From: a virus
Lineage: Duplodnaviria; Caudoviricetes
DNA: 62,006 nucleotides
Reading direction: 5' to 3' (one strand)
Virus record (IMG/VR): IMGVR_UViG_3300033182_000774
Span: 1 to 62,006 of that record
The notes under the pieces are model-generated. The model did not search any database. It had not been told where the DNA came from and was given only the letters and a program-made list of their open reading frames with translations. Numbering within the stretch: the first letter of the stretch is position 1; each line of letters begins with the position of its first letter. Both the position numbers and the translations under genes were made by a program. Shown piece after piece: positions 9,279 through 18,328 of the stretch.

Positions 9279-11959
9279 TTGAAACCCAGAACCAATTTGA
9301 CGGTGGTATTAATACCCGCCTGCCAGCAAACAGGATCGCACAGAACCAAGTGGTTTCTGCGTCCAATGTCGATTTTTCCCATGGCGATATCCGTGGAGAA
9401 TTCGGCATGGTTGGGGGTAGTAATAGAGACTTTTATTATGAGTCAGGCAACACCTGGATTTCAGAAGAGGGAGCGCAAGGGGCAACTACTATCTATGACT
9501 GGCCAGATAACACTGGGAACACGGCATGGGTAGCAGACACAAACAGCATCTACTCATTATCAGGGGGTAGTAATAGTGTCCTTAGTACTACAGCAACAGA
9601 ACTTAATCTTTTTACAGGCACAATCCCCGACAACACAGAATTTATAGTCGGCAATAGTAATTCAACGGATTTCACTGTTACCATCCACGATGTAACCCGT
9701 GGCATCCATGGCGCAAATAGTTACGTTGAGTTTAATAATGACCTCTACATTTCGAGGTCACAGTTTACTATTACTGGCACCTGGAGTAGTGGCGTAAAAA
9801 CGATTAATGTGGGGGCAGATTCCTACAAGATCCAGGTCGGTGATGTATTAACTGCGACCAACTTAGTTGCTGGTGTGATTGTTGTGGATATCGACACAGC
9901 AGCAGACACTATCACGTTATCAGAAAACACCACTGGCACTGGCTCAGGCGCGACAATCATTGTCGATCCAATTATCTCAAAGTATGTAGACGGTGACATA
10001 ACAACCTCATTCCGAGTAGGCGCACAGTCACCCATCCCCACGATTTCTTTTACACAAACAGCAGGAACAAGTACAAACACTGCCCGTAATAACAGCCATA
10101 GTGCTGGCTGGTTTTCTACACCTATTCTAATTCCGTTTCAATACGCACTTTCGTTTTATGACGAAACAGGTGTTGAATCAAAAGTAAGCGAGTTTAGTTC
10201 ACTGCCATTTGGTACAACTAACTTTAGTGCTTCTTACCTAAATACACCCCAGTACATCAACATTACTAATGTCACTAGGGCAAATGCCACAAGCACTAGG
10301 AACGGGAGATATGCCCTCTATAGGGTTGGAGGAACAAGTGCGGTTACAAAAAGATGTGCAAATTTATATTTAGATACCGCCTTGAGTGTCGCAACAACAT
10401 TACAGACAACAAGTTCGTCTAACGATACTGTCAGGGTTACACTTACTGGCACACAGTCTAGCCATAAATACGCTGTTCGCTGGTTCTCCTACAACGGGCA
10501 TAATTACGATTATAGTGCGACAAATTACAGTGGTGCCATCTCTGGGATTACTGACTTCAAGCAGGGTGGTCCACTCACATTTGACTTAGTTAGAAACGCA
10601 GGCTCATCCCATGAATTAGACATCCAGGTGGTTATGACCATCCCCGGTGAGACTGTGTCAAGGGAGTACATTTGCAGGACCTTAAACCACCATGGTGCCA
10701 CAGTAACAGATGGCGGTTCAGGTCTAACTGATACACATGATTTCATCGATTGGCTAACTCCATCAGCCTTAACAGACATTCAACCGATTGAAGACGATAA
10801 AACACCTGTACGATCTCTTACATCACTTATAGAGAGTAATAACCTGTTTTTTGCAGTCAAAAATAACAGGGTCCACTGTTCTTCCTATGGAAATCCTAAC
10901 GAATGGCCACAGTATGGTTATTTAGATTTTGACCAGCCTGTAACTGGACTGGGAAAGCTTACTGGGGAGTTGGTTGTATTTACAGAATATGGGATCTACA
11001 GGGTTTATGGAAGTGATCCGCTTAACCTCAGAAAGGTTGAAATCCCGACAGTAGAGGGTGTGCCTGCAGGACTGGAAAAATGCATCAGCCGTTTTGCTGG
11101 TGGTGTGATGTTTGTCTCACACAATGGAATCTGTTTTTACGATGGTGCAAACGTCAATGTCGTAACACAAAATCTGTTAGATTCTTTTGGCCCGCCAAGC
11201 AGCACCTTGGCCAACAATTCTGCCGGGGTGTACGACAATACTTATCATCTTTTAGGGACCAGCAGCACAGGAATTAAATTAGATTTTAAGACTGGTGCGC
11301 CAAGGATTACCAACACGACAATGACCGCCAGCCAGTTGTACTACCGGGGTAAGGTCAACACCCTACACGGCTATGATACCGTCAGCAGTAGTGTGACTTT
11401 AGACTATTTAAACGCATCTTCTTCTGCATCACGACAAAACTATTCCATAAAAACCAGAGAGTTTGATGGTGGGGATATTAATTCTGAAAAGATGTTTTAC
11501 GCCTTCAGTCTTTCTGGTGTTAGTTTTACTGGAACCGCAAAGCTTTTTGTGGATGGAACCGAGACAGATTCCTTCACTGTAAGTAGTACAGAAACAGACT
11601 TTAACAGGACGTTCTATGCTACCTCTCCAAGGACAGGGAATGCTGCAAATGTAGAGATCACCAATGGTGCTGGACAGGTCGAAAAGATTAGCGTTAGGAG
11701 TGATTTAAAAAGTTCATTAAAGAAGATGCTTTTTTCCAGTGTAACCATTGTCTACACGGGCACCCCTGCCATAACTGTAGACGTTGACGGGGTTAATAAG
11801 ATAACGGCGACCACACTTTCAGCACCCACAGGCAATGCTGGAGAGGCAACACTTTATTTTCCTGCAATGACAACGGGGGTGGTCCCGCATCTTAGGGAGA
11901 CAGGCGATGAGGCAAATGGCAGGGTTGTGAGCTTCCAGTATTCTGCTACGGATGTGTAA
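9275..11959 (+). CDS. Tail nozzle or tubular protein (podovirus-type)
   Basis: FDGGIN N-terminus, beta-propeller-like LFFAV..VHCS..PNEWP region, 894 aa, located before internal virion genes. Confidence 0.7.
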   Translation: MIETQNQFDGGINTRLPANRIAQNQVVSASNVDFSHGDIRGEFGMVGGSNRDFYYESGNTWISEEGAQGATTIYDWPDNTGNTAWVADTNSIYSLSGGSNSVLSTTATELNLFTGTIPDNTEFIVGNSNSTDFTVTIHDVTRGIHGANSYVEFNNDLYISRSQFTITGTWSSGVKTINVGADSYKIQVGDVLTATNLVAGVIVVDIDTAADTITLSENTTGTGSGATIIVDPIISKYVDGDITTSFRVGAQSPIPTISFTQTAGTSTNTARNNSHSAGWFSTPILIPFQYALSFYDETGVESKVSEFSSLPFGTTNFSASYLNTPQYINITNVTRANATSTRNGRYALYRVGGTSAVTKRCANLYLDTALSVATTLQTTSSSNDTVRVTLTGTQSSHKYAVRWFSYNGHNYDYSATNYSGAISGITDFKQGGPLTFDLVRNAGSSHELDIQVVMTIPGETVSREYICRTLNHHGATVTDGGSGLTDTHDFIDWLTPSALTDIQPIEDDKTPVRSLTSLIESNNLFFAVKNNRVHCSSYGNPNEWPQYGYLDFDQPVTGLGKLTGELVVFTEYGIYRVYGSDPLNLRKVEIPTVEGVPAGLEKCISRFAGGVMFVSHNGICFYDGANVNVVTQNLLDSFGPPSSTLANNSAGVYDNTYHLLGTSSTGIKLDFKTGAPRITNTTMTASQLYYRGKVNTLHGYDTVSSSVTLDYLNASSSASRQNYSIKTREFDGGDINSEKMFYAFSLSGVSFTGTAKLFVDGTETDSFTVSSTETDFNRTFYATSPRTGNAANVEITNGAGQVEKISVRSDLKSSLKKMLFSSVTIVYTGTPAITVDVDGVNKITATTLSAPTGNAGEATLYFPAMTTGVVPHLRETGDEANGRVVSFQYSATDV

Positions 11960-12132
11960 TGGCAGAAAAAAACCCTGAGTATGATGGCTATCTCGATTTA
12001 ACAGATCGAAGAACAAGGGAGGCATTTAAGCAAGTTTCTGAAAATTTAAGGACTGTAATTGACAAGATAACCAGCCTAGAAAACGAAATTGTAACGATAA
12101 AACAAAGACTGGATTCCTTAGAGGCGACTTAA
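11959..12132 (+). CDS. 57-aa coiled-coil virion protein (not in ORF track)
   Basis: MAEKNPEY...LENEIVTIKQRLDSLEAT; TAATG coupling at both ends. Confidence 0.65.
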   Translation: MAEKNPEYDGYLDLTDRRTREAFKQVSENLRTVIDKITSLENEIVTIKQRLDSLEAT

Positions 12133-12908
12133 TGGCACGTTCAGTATTCCACGCAGTAAATCTACGTTACGAGGGGCAGCCCACCATAAGTGTCACTGTT
12201 GACGGGTCTGCGATTGTGACCAACCAGCTACTCCCTAACCACACCATCTTAAAACAAAGAAGGATCGAACTCCCGGCTGGGGCAGTCGGATACACCCCAC
12301 AAATCCAAAGTTCGTTTTCAGATCCTCTAGGAGTGGAGTTTGAGGGGGTGCCTGAACGAAGCTACGCAAACCAGCAACTTTTTCATTTTTTTGAGGTGCA
12401 GTTTTCCGGGACCGTTGAATTGGAGTTGTATGCTGATGAGGTAAGAAAAACCATCAACAACACCGATGACACCAGTATCACCCTTACCGCAAGAGACAGC
12501 AGGAAGCAGGATATACGTCGTGTATACTTCCCGCCTTTGACCTATGGGTGGGTTCCACAACTGAAACATGTTGTGGATAGTACGGAGGACGGACAAGTTC
12601 TAAATAGTCAACTGCGTTCCCTGCCTGCACGTTTCAGTAGAGGCGAGAAAGAACACACTGAAATCCAAGTTACGCACCAAGGTGATGTTGTGATCGATGT
12701 CATCCTTGATGGTGAAACAATAGACACATACCAATTAGATGCCGATCCATACAGCCCAGACGCATTTGTTACAGAAAAAGAATACATATCAAGTGGTGCA
12801 AGGGGCCACGTTTTACAGTGGATACAGACATCAGGCAACGGAGAAGTAGCATTGTTTGAAACAGATACAACATTGACTGACAGAGATCAGCCACAACAGG
12901 AGGTGTAA
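12132..12908 (+). CDS. Virion structural protein with repeated beta modules
   Basis: Three units resembling the C-terminal module of the 9275 gene (V..Y.G.P.I.V.VDG...YFP....G.VP.L). Confidence 0.65.
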   Translation: MARSVFHAVNLRYEGQPTISVTVDGSAIVTNQLLPNHTILKQRRIELPAGAVGYTPQIQSSFSDPLGVEFEGVPERSYANQQLFHFFEVQFSGTVELELYADEVRKTINNTDDTSITLTARDSRKQDIRRVYFPPLTYGWVPQLKHVVDSTEDGQVLNSQLRSLPARFSRGEKEHTEIQVTHQGDVVIDVILDGETIDTYQLDADPYSPDAFVTEKEYISSGARGHVLQWIQTSGNGEVALFETDTTLTDRDQPQQEV

Positions 12909-14866
12909 TGCCAGGGTATAAAATGATTAAGGGCCAGCCACACGGCCTTGCCTACATGACTAAGCAAGAGATGGAGGCAATGAACGAACTTAGGCGTGAA
13001 CCTGGGTTGCGTGGGCGTTTGGCAAGGAAGGGGGCTAAAAAGGAATTTTCGTTTGTTGACGGCATCCCATCGTTTGATACAGAGGTGGAAACAGATCGGG
13101 AAAAAGACGCCAGAGATTTTCATGGGCAACAACAAAGTGAAGCACGTTCACAACAGGCATATAGAGATGCGGTTGCGGCTCAACGAGCAGGAAACTTTGG
13201 CGGGAGTAGTAACAACGACGGGAGGAGTAGAAGAAGTGGCAGTGGTTTTGATCAAGGTCGCTACAACGCCTTAAAAAAGGAATTTGACGACTACAAGGCT
13301 GGCGAAGAAGGAAGAAACAAGGAAGCCGCAGAGAAAAGATTAGAGGAATATCGTGGAGAAAGAAGGCAACAGCTAACCGATGAGTTTGGGGATTACAAGC
13401 AGGATTATAAAGACCTTCGAGATAAAACAGACTTTTCAAGTTTTAGAGATAAGTTTTCTGGGTATGGCGCAGAGTCTGACAGGCTTAGAGGCGAAGCCGC
13501 AGGAAAGTATGGCGGGTATGAATCCCAGATAAATCAAATGGCCGATTATGGTGGCAAGGTCGGTCAGCTTGGTGACCAAATTGGCGGTGCCCGTGCGGGA
13601 TATGCTGGGCTTGGATCTGAGCTTCAAGGAATGCAGGGTCAGGTTGGAAGTCAGGTTAGTAGAACCCAAGGACAAATGGACCAATACCGGGGTGATATCG
13701 GCTCTGCTCAGAGTGATGTAAAAAACATCCAAGGCCAGATGGGTAATTTAGCGGCTCAGGCTCAGGACCCTAATTACTTAATGAGGAATCGAGGTCTTTT
13801 TGCTGGTCAGTTGGAGGCTCAGAGAAAAGGCGCAGAAGAAGGGAATCTCGCAAACATCAGGCGTTCAATGGCGGCCTCTGGGGCAAGCCCACAAGAGATA
13901 GCAAGGGCTGAGTCAGAAGCAAGAAAAGGCGGGGCGCAGGCTGGTCGTGAGGATGCACTTAGGGCATCACAGATGGCGTTGCAGTCAGGCCAGAGCATGT
14001 TGGGTCAGGCTGGCGGGTTTATGGGGAGTCAGGCAAATCTTGCAGGGCAAAGAGCCGCAATGAGTGGACAGCAGGCTGGCATGGCCATGCAGGGAGGGCA
14101 AATGGGTCTTCAAGGCATAGGCCAGCAAGCAGGAATGGTCGGCCAACGTGGCAACATGATCGGTGCAAATATTGGGGCTATGGGCGCTCAAGCAGGAATG
14201 TACGGCAACGCGCAAAACCTTGGCTTAGGTCAGATTCAAGCTGGCGCAAACATGTATGGTGCTGGGTTGGGCGCACAGCAAAACATGATGGGTTTTGGTG
14301 CTGGAATGGCAGGCCAGGGACAGTCTTCACTTGGAAGTGAACTTGCTATGAAAGGTGGGTTTACAGGCAATATGTCTGGAATGACCGAAGCACAATTACA
14401 GGACGTAGTCGCCCAGCAGAACCAAGCTTTTGAAAAGGAGATGGCTGAGAAAGGGTACGCATACCAGCGTGATGCCGCAAATGCGATGAGGCCACGATCG
14501 CCATCGATGATGGATCAGTTAACAGGTTTTGCTACAGCTGTGGCTCCTATAGCAATCGCTAGTATGTCTGACAAAAACGTCAAAAAGAATATTAGATCAG
14601 CAAAAGATAAAGACCTGATGACTCCAAAAGAGATTGACGGATTTCTGAATTCTTTATACGCACACCAGTACAACTACAAAAACCCAAAACACGGCAAAGG
14701 TAAGCAAGTTGGAATCATGGCTCAAGACGTTGAGAAAACCCAGCTTGGTAAACAAATGGTAGAAGACACGCCAGAAGGCAAGCAGATTAATGCTGCTAAG
14801 GGCCTTGGATTGGTAATGGCTTCACAAGCTCGCTTGAACGAGCGTCTAAACGCAATAGGAGCATAA
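12908..14866 (+). CDS. Internal virion (ejection or pilot) protein with C-terminal S74-like domain
   Basis: GQPHGLAYMT..GIPSF N-terminus, G/Q/A/M-rich helical region, SDKNVKKNI..GIMAQDVEK. Confidence 0.7.
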   Translation: MPGYKMIKGQPHGLAYMTKQEMEAMNELRREPGLRGRLARKGAKKEFSFVDGIPSFDTEVETDREKDARDFHGQQQSEARSQQAYRDAVAAQRAGNFGGSSNNDGRSRRSGSGFDQGRYNALKKEFDDYKAGEEGRNKEAAEKRLEEYRGERRQQLTDEFGDYKQDYKDLRDKTDFSSFRDKFSGYGAESDRLRGEAAGKYGGYESQINQMADYGGKVGQLGDQIGGARAGYAGLGSELQGMQGQVGSQVSRTQGQMDQYRGDIGSAQSDVKNIQGQMGNLAAQAQDPNYLMRNRGLFAGQLEAQRKGAEEGNLANIRRSMAASGASPQEIARAESEARKGGAQAGREDALRASQMALQSGQSMLGQAGGFMGSQANLAGQRAAMSGQQAGMAMQGGQMGLQGIGQQAGMVGQRGNMIGANIGAMGAQAGMYGNAQNLGLGQIQAGANMYGAGLGAQQNMMGFGAGMAGQGQSSLGSELAMKGGFTGNMSGMTEAQLQDVVAQQNQAFEKEMAEKGYAYQRDAANAMRPRSPSMMDQLTGFATAVAPIAIASMSDKNVKKNIRSAKDKDLMTPKEIDGFLNSLYAHQYNYKNPKHGKGKQVGIMAQDVEKTQLGKQMVEDTPEGKQINAAKGLGLVMASQARLNERLNAIGA

Positions 14867-14867
14867 T

Positions 14868-15815
14868 ATGGCTGTAAATTATGATGCAGGCAGGGGTGGC
14901 AGAGGAGCCTACGCAAATTTAGCTAGGGCACTCCAGATGAAACTGGAGGCTGAAAACTCCCGGAGGGCTGAAGACATCCGAAGGCAGGGGCTTTTTGGTA
15001 CAGGGATTACGCAGGAAAACTTGAGCAGTCTTGCGAACACTGGATTGTCAATTGCCCAGTTTGGTCAGGATCGGATGGACAAGCAAATGGCTTCAGCCAC
15101 TGATTCCTTCAATAGGCGTATGGAGCGGAATCAAAAACTCTATGATCGTTATGCGAGTTCCACAGATCCTAATGATCAAAAGAAAGCAGACATGCTTTTG
15201 ATGAACATGAATCGGGAACAGGACCGATTTGAAGATGCCATGCGAGAGTATGGAAAATCTGGGATGTTTGGCACTGGGTTTGGTTCGGATGTGGTCGATT
15301 ATGATGTTGATGAATCAGGCTTCCTCCAAAACCTTGTAGATAGGGTCAATGCGAAACCAGCAACAGCATCCTCAAAAAGAAGAAGTTCTGTCCGGGGAGG
15401 AAGGGCTTTTGGGGCCAACCGCGTAACCCCTCAAAACCAGCAATACCAGGGAAGCGGTCAAACTCCTAACGCAAGCCCAGTTGCTACAAATGCACCACAA
15501 GACGATGAATTTGGCGGTAGAGGGACGACACCATTAATGAGTCAAAGGGTGATGCCTGACAGAGGCATGGAAGGAAATACTGGGCAACAATCAATGATGG
15601 TCCCCACCACTGCGACCATGACTGGAGAAGCACTTGGGCCTAAGAATTATGAGGACTACTTAAAGACTGCTGATCCAATGCCTTTCCCCCCGTTAAATGA
15701 AGCAGGCACACATGATCAGAGGATGTATCCATCGTGGAGGGAGGAAGAAGACCGAAGACAGTTGATGAAAAAAACAAAACGCTTCTATGACCCCGCGCAA
15801 TTCACCACAAGGTAA
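14868..15815 (+). CDS. Putative internal virion protein
   Basis: Helical and low-complexity; position in ejection cluster. Confidence 0.55.
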   Translation: MAVNYDAGRGGRGAYANLARALQMKLEAENSRRAEDIRRQGLFGTGITQENLSSLANTGLSIAQFGQDRMDKQMASATDSFNRRMERNQKLYDRYASSTDPNDQKKADMLLMNMNREQDRFEDAMREYGKSGMFGTGFGSDVVDYDVDESGFLQNLVDRVNAKPATASSKRRSSVRGGRAFGANRVTPQNQQYQGSGQTPNASPVATNAPQDDEFGGRGTTPLMSQRVMPDRGMEGNTGQQSMMVPTTATMTGEALGPKNYEDYLKTADPMPFPPLNEAGTHDQRMYPSWREEEDRRQLMKKTKRFYDPAQFTTR

Positions 15816-15817
15816 TA

Positions 15818-18328
15818 ATGGCACTCAAAAGCGACGAAAACATAACTGCAAGAGAACTGCTTGAACTCCAAAGGCAAGGGTTCATAAGTTCAAGCAAACT
15901 GCTTGAAGAGTTAAAAAAGTCTAAAAGAAAAGAGGGATCTAGCGTTCTACAGCAAGCATTGGCTTCTGCACCAAAAGCACAAATGGCAGATCCTAGCGCG
16001 GTAGATGTTGGCACAGTGCCAAAGGTTAGAACACCAGAGGCAGGGCCTACTTCTAGACGTGGCCTTGACAAAATATATTTACCAAAAGCGGCTGAAGGCA
16101 TGGCTAGAGACCGGAATATGTACGACATGGAGCCAGATCCCATAATTGGGAAGCCAGACGAAATGCTTGCTAAGGCCGCCTACATGAAGCAAGTAAATCA
16201 GGAACGCCAAGCAGAGAAAAACATGGTTGACATGGAAAACAGGCGCAACCAGCAGTTGGCAAATATTGCAAAGGATGATTCGTTTGCCAAGACAGGCAAA
16301 TCCCTATCTTACAATCAATTCCTTGAAGACAATGTTAGTGGGGATCTAAAGGCAAAAAAACCGTCTGGTTTAATTGAAGAAATCTTAATGTCAGACACTT
16401 CACCGAAACTGCTGGAAGAATCGACAATCCGTGGCGACGATCCAGTTAATTGGCTTACTGAAGACATTGTTCAGACATCTTCACAAGCTGCTCAGGCTGA
16501 CATCGATGCAGGCTTAGAACAGGAAGATGATCGTTTTGCACAAGCCCAAAAGCGAAGCGGGATAATGAATGATCCAAGTCAGATGCGCGTACCTCAAAGT
16601 GAGGACGAAGCAAAATATGGTCTTGGTACAGAAACCACTGAAACGCCACTTGAGGGTGCTGGGCCGAATCTTTTTGAAGAGCAAACCATAAAGCCAGACG
16701 ACCCGCCTGAAGTCATGGAGATGAAGCAACTCCAGATAGACGCACAAAAGAAAAAACCGGGTGCAATCAAGGCTAGAAAAGAAATGTTTGCTGGACTCCC
16801 CCGGGAGGCTAAAGCCATGGCAAAGGAAGAACTTGGGAACTACTACGTCGATCCAAATTCTGGACTTGCAATCAACCTGACAGAACTTGATGCAAGTGCT
16901 AATAGACGAGCTCACATGATGCTTTTGCAGGAAGTCCCAAAGCATCAAAGAACAACAATGCTTGCTAATTGGGGATACATTGACAAAGAAGATGTGGAGA
17001 ACCTTCCAGAAGATCCTCAAATTCAAAAAGCAAAGATTGAGGCCGCCAATAGACTTGCGGTCGCAGCCCTTCAGGATAAGGGCGCAACAACTAGGACGGG
17101 GATGCAAACAAGTGCAAATTTAGCCATAGCGAATTTGCAGGACGACACAGCAAGGACTTTAGGGGTTAGGAAACTCGATTTACAGGAAGCCAGAGACAAG
17201 GTTGCAGACCGAATTGCAACTGGTGAATTGACCATTAAACAAGCGGCTCAGGAATTAGCCCGGACTCTTGGGGTTAGGCAGGAGGATCGGTTGCAGGACA
17301 TGATGGAACGAGAATTCGCATTTAAGTATGAAGAGATGGAAGGGATGGATGCCTTCAGAAATGCCCAACTGTCACAGCAGAACACTCAATGGACTGCTGA
17401 TTTTATGCGGAGAGGTAAGAACGAACAAAGAGCCTGGTTGTTAAACAAACATAAACAGGCGATGAGTGATATTAAATGGGCAATGGAGAATTACCAGTTT
17501 GATTCTGCGGCTGTTTTTGCGTCAGAAAATGGTATTAATCTGGTCCCAAACATTGAAATGAAAATGAAGCGGGATGCTGCCAAATTAGCCAAGAAGGATC
17601 TTGCTACAGGATCTGTTGCCGCATTGGCTAGACAACATCTGAAGGTAACACCCGGTGCTAAGACAAGTGATGTAAATAAATTCCTAAACAACTACCATCA
17701 GTCCAGAGTCAACATTGTAAAAGAATTAAGTAAAACGAGGGTAGATGAGGGCACTGGGTTAACACCGCTTGATGCAGCATTTGAGCAGTACGGGATTGTT
17801 CCTTTTGAGTCATTACCACCAGATAGCCAGAAGAAATTTACAAGCCCAGCGCATTATAAAATTGCTATGACTCAACAGGTCATCGAACAAAAGATGACTG
17901 AGGCACACGGCCCTTTTCACGCAAAATATAAGGATCTTGAGATGCAGATCCAGCGCGATGGTGGAGAAGACAAGGGGGGGACGACTAGCAAAAAAGAAAC
18001 AACACCTAAGACCGGCAAGGGGAAGGAAACTCCAAAACCTTTAGACACATCCATATTTGAAAGTGACGATGAACTTGCCATGGGTGCTTTACTCCCAGGG
18101 GAGATGGATAATGAACTTTCTATGGGGGCTGGCGTAACACCCCAGCAGTTATCTGAACCTGAAAAAGAAGAATGGGAAGCATTGAAGAAACGACAAAAAG
18201 AAGAGTATGAATCTGCTGCTAAACCGCGCAAAGGTAAGCAGGCAGGATCTGAATTATTCGTGGCGATAAAAAACTTTTTTGAAAGGATTAGATACAAATA
18301 TAGAGAGGGGAGAGAAAAACTGAATTAA
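15818..18328 (+). CDS. Putative internal virion protein
   Basis: 836 aa, helical and charged; precedes the giant protein. Confidence 0.55.
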   Translation: MALKSDENITARELLELQRQGFISSSKLLEELKKSKRKEGSSVLQQALASAPKAQMADPSAVDVGTVPKVRTPEAGPTSRRGLDKIYLPKAAEGMARDRNMYDMEPDPIIGKPDEMLAKAAYMKQVNQERQAEKNMVDMENRRNQQLANIAKDDSFAKTGKSLSYNQFLEDNVSGDLKAKKPSGLIEEILMSDTSPKLLEESTIRGDDPVNWLTEDIVQTSSQAAQADIDAGLEQEDDRFAQAQKRSGIMNDPSQMRVPQSEDEAKYGLGTETTETPLEGAGPNLFEEQTIKPDDPPEVMEMKQLQIDAQKKKPGAIKARKEMFAGLPREAKAMAKEELGNYYVDPNSGLAINLTELDASANRRAHMMLLQEVPKHQRTTMLANWGYIDKEDVENLPEDPQIQKAKIEAANRLAVAALQDKGATTRTGMQTSANLAIANLQDDTARTLGVRKLDLQEARDKVADRIATGELTIKQAAQELARTLGVRQEDRLQDMMEREFAFKYEEMEGMDAFRNAQLSQQNTQWTADFMRRGKNEQRAWLLNKHKQAMSDIKWAMENYQFDSAAVFASENGINLVPNIEMKMKRDAAKLAKKDLATGSVAALARQHLKVTPGAKTSDVNKFLNNYHQSRVNIVKELSKTRVDEGTGLTPLDAAFEQYGIVPFESLPPDSQKKFTSPAHYKIAMTQQVIEQKMTEAHGPFHAKYKDLEMQIQRDGGEDKGGTTSKKETTPKTGKGKETPKPLDTSIFESDDELAMGALLPGEMDNELSMGAGVTPQQLSEPEKEEWEALKKRQKEEYESAAKPRKGKQAGSELFVAIKNFFERIRYKYREGREKLN

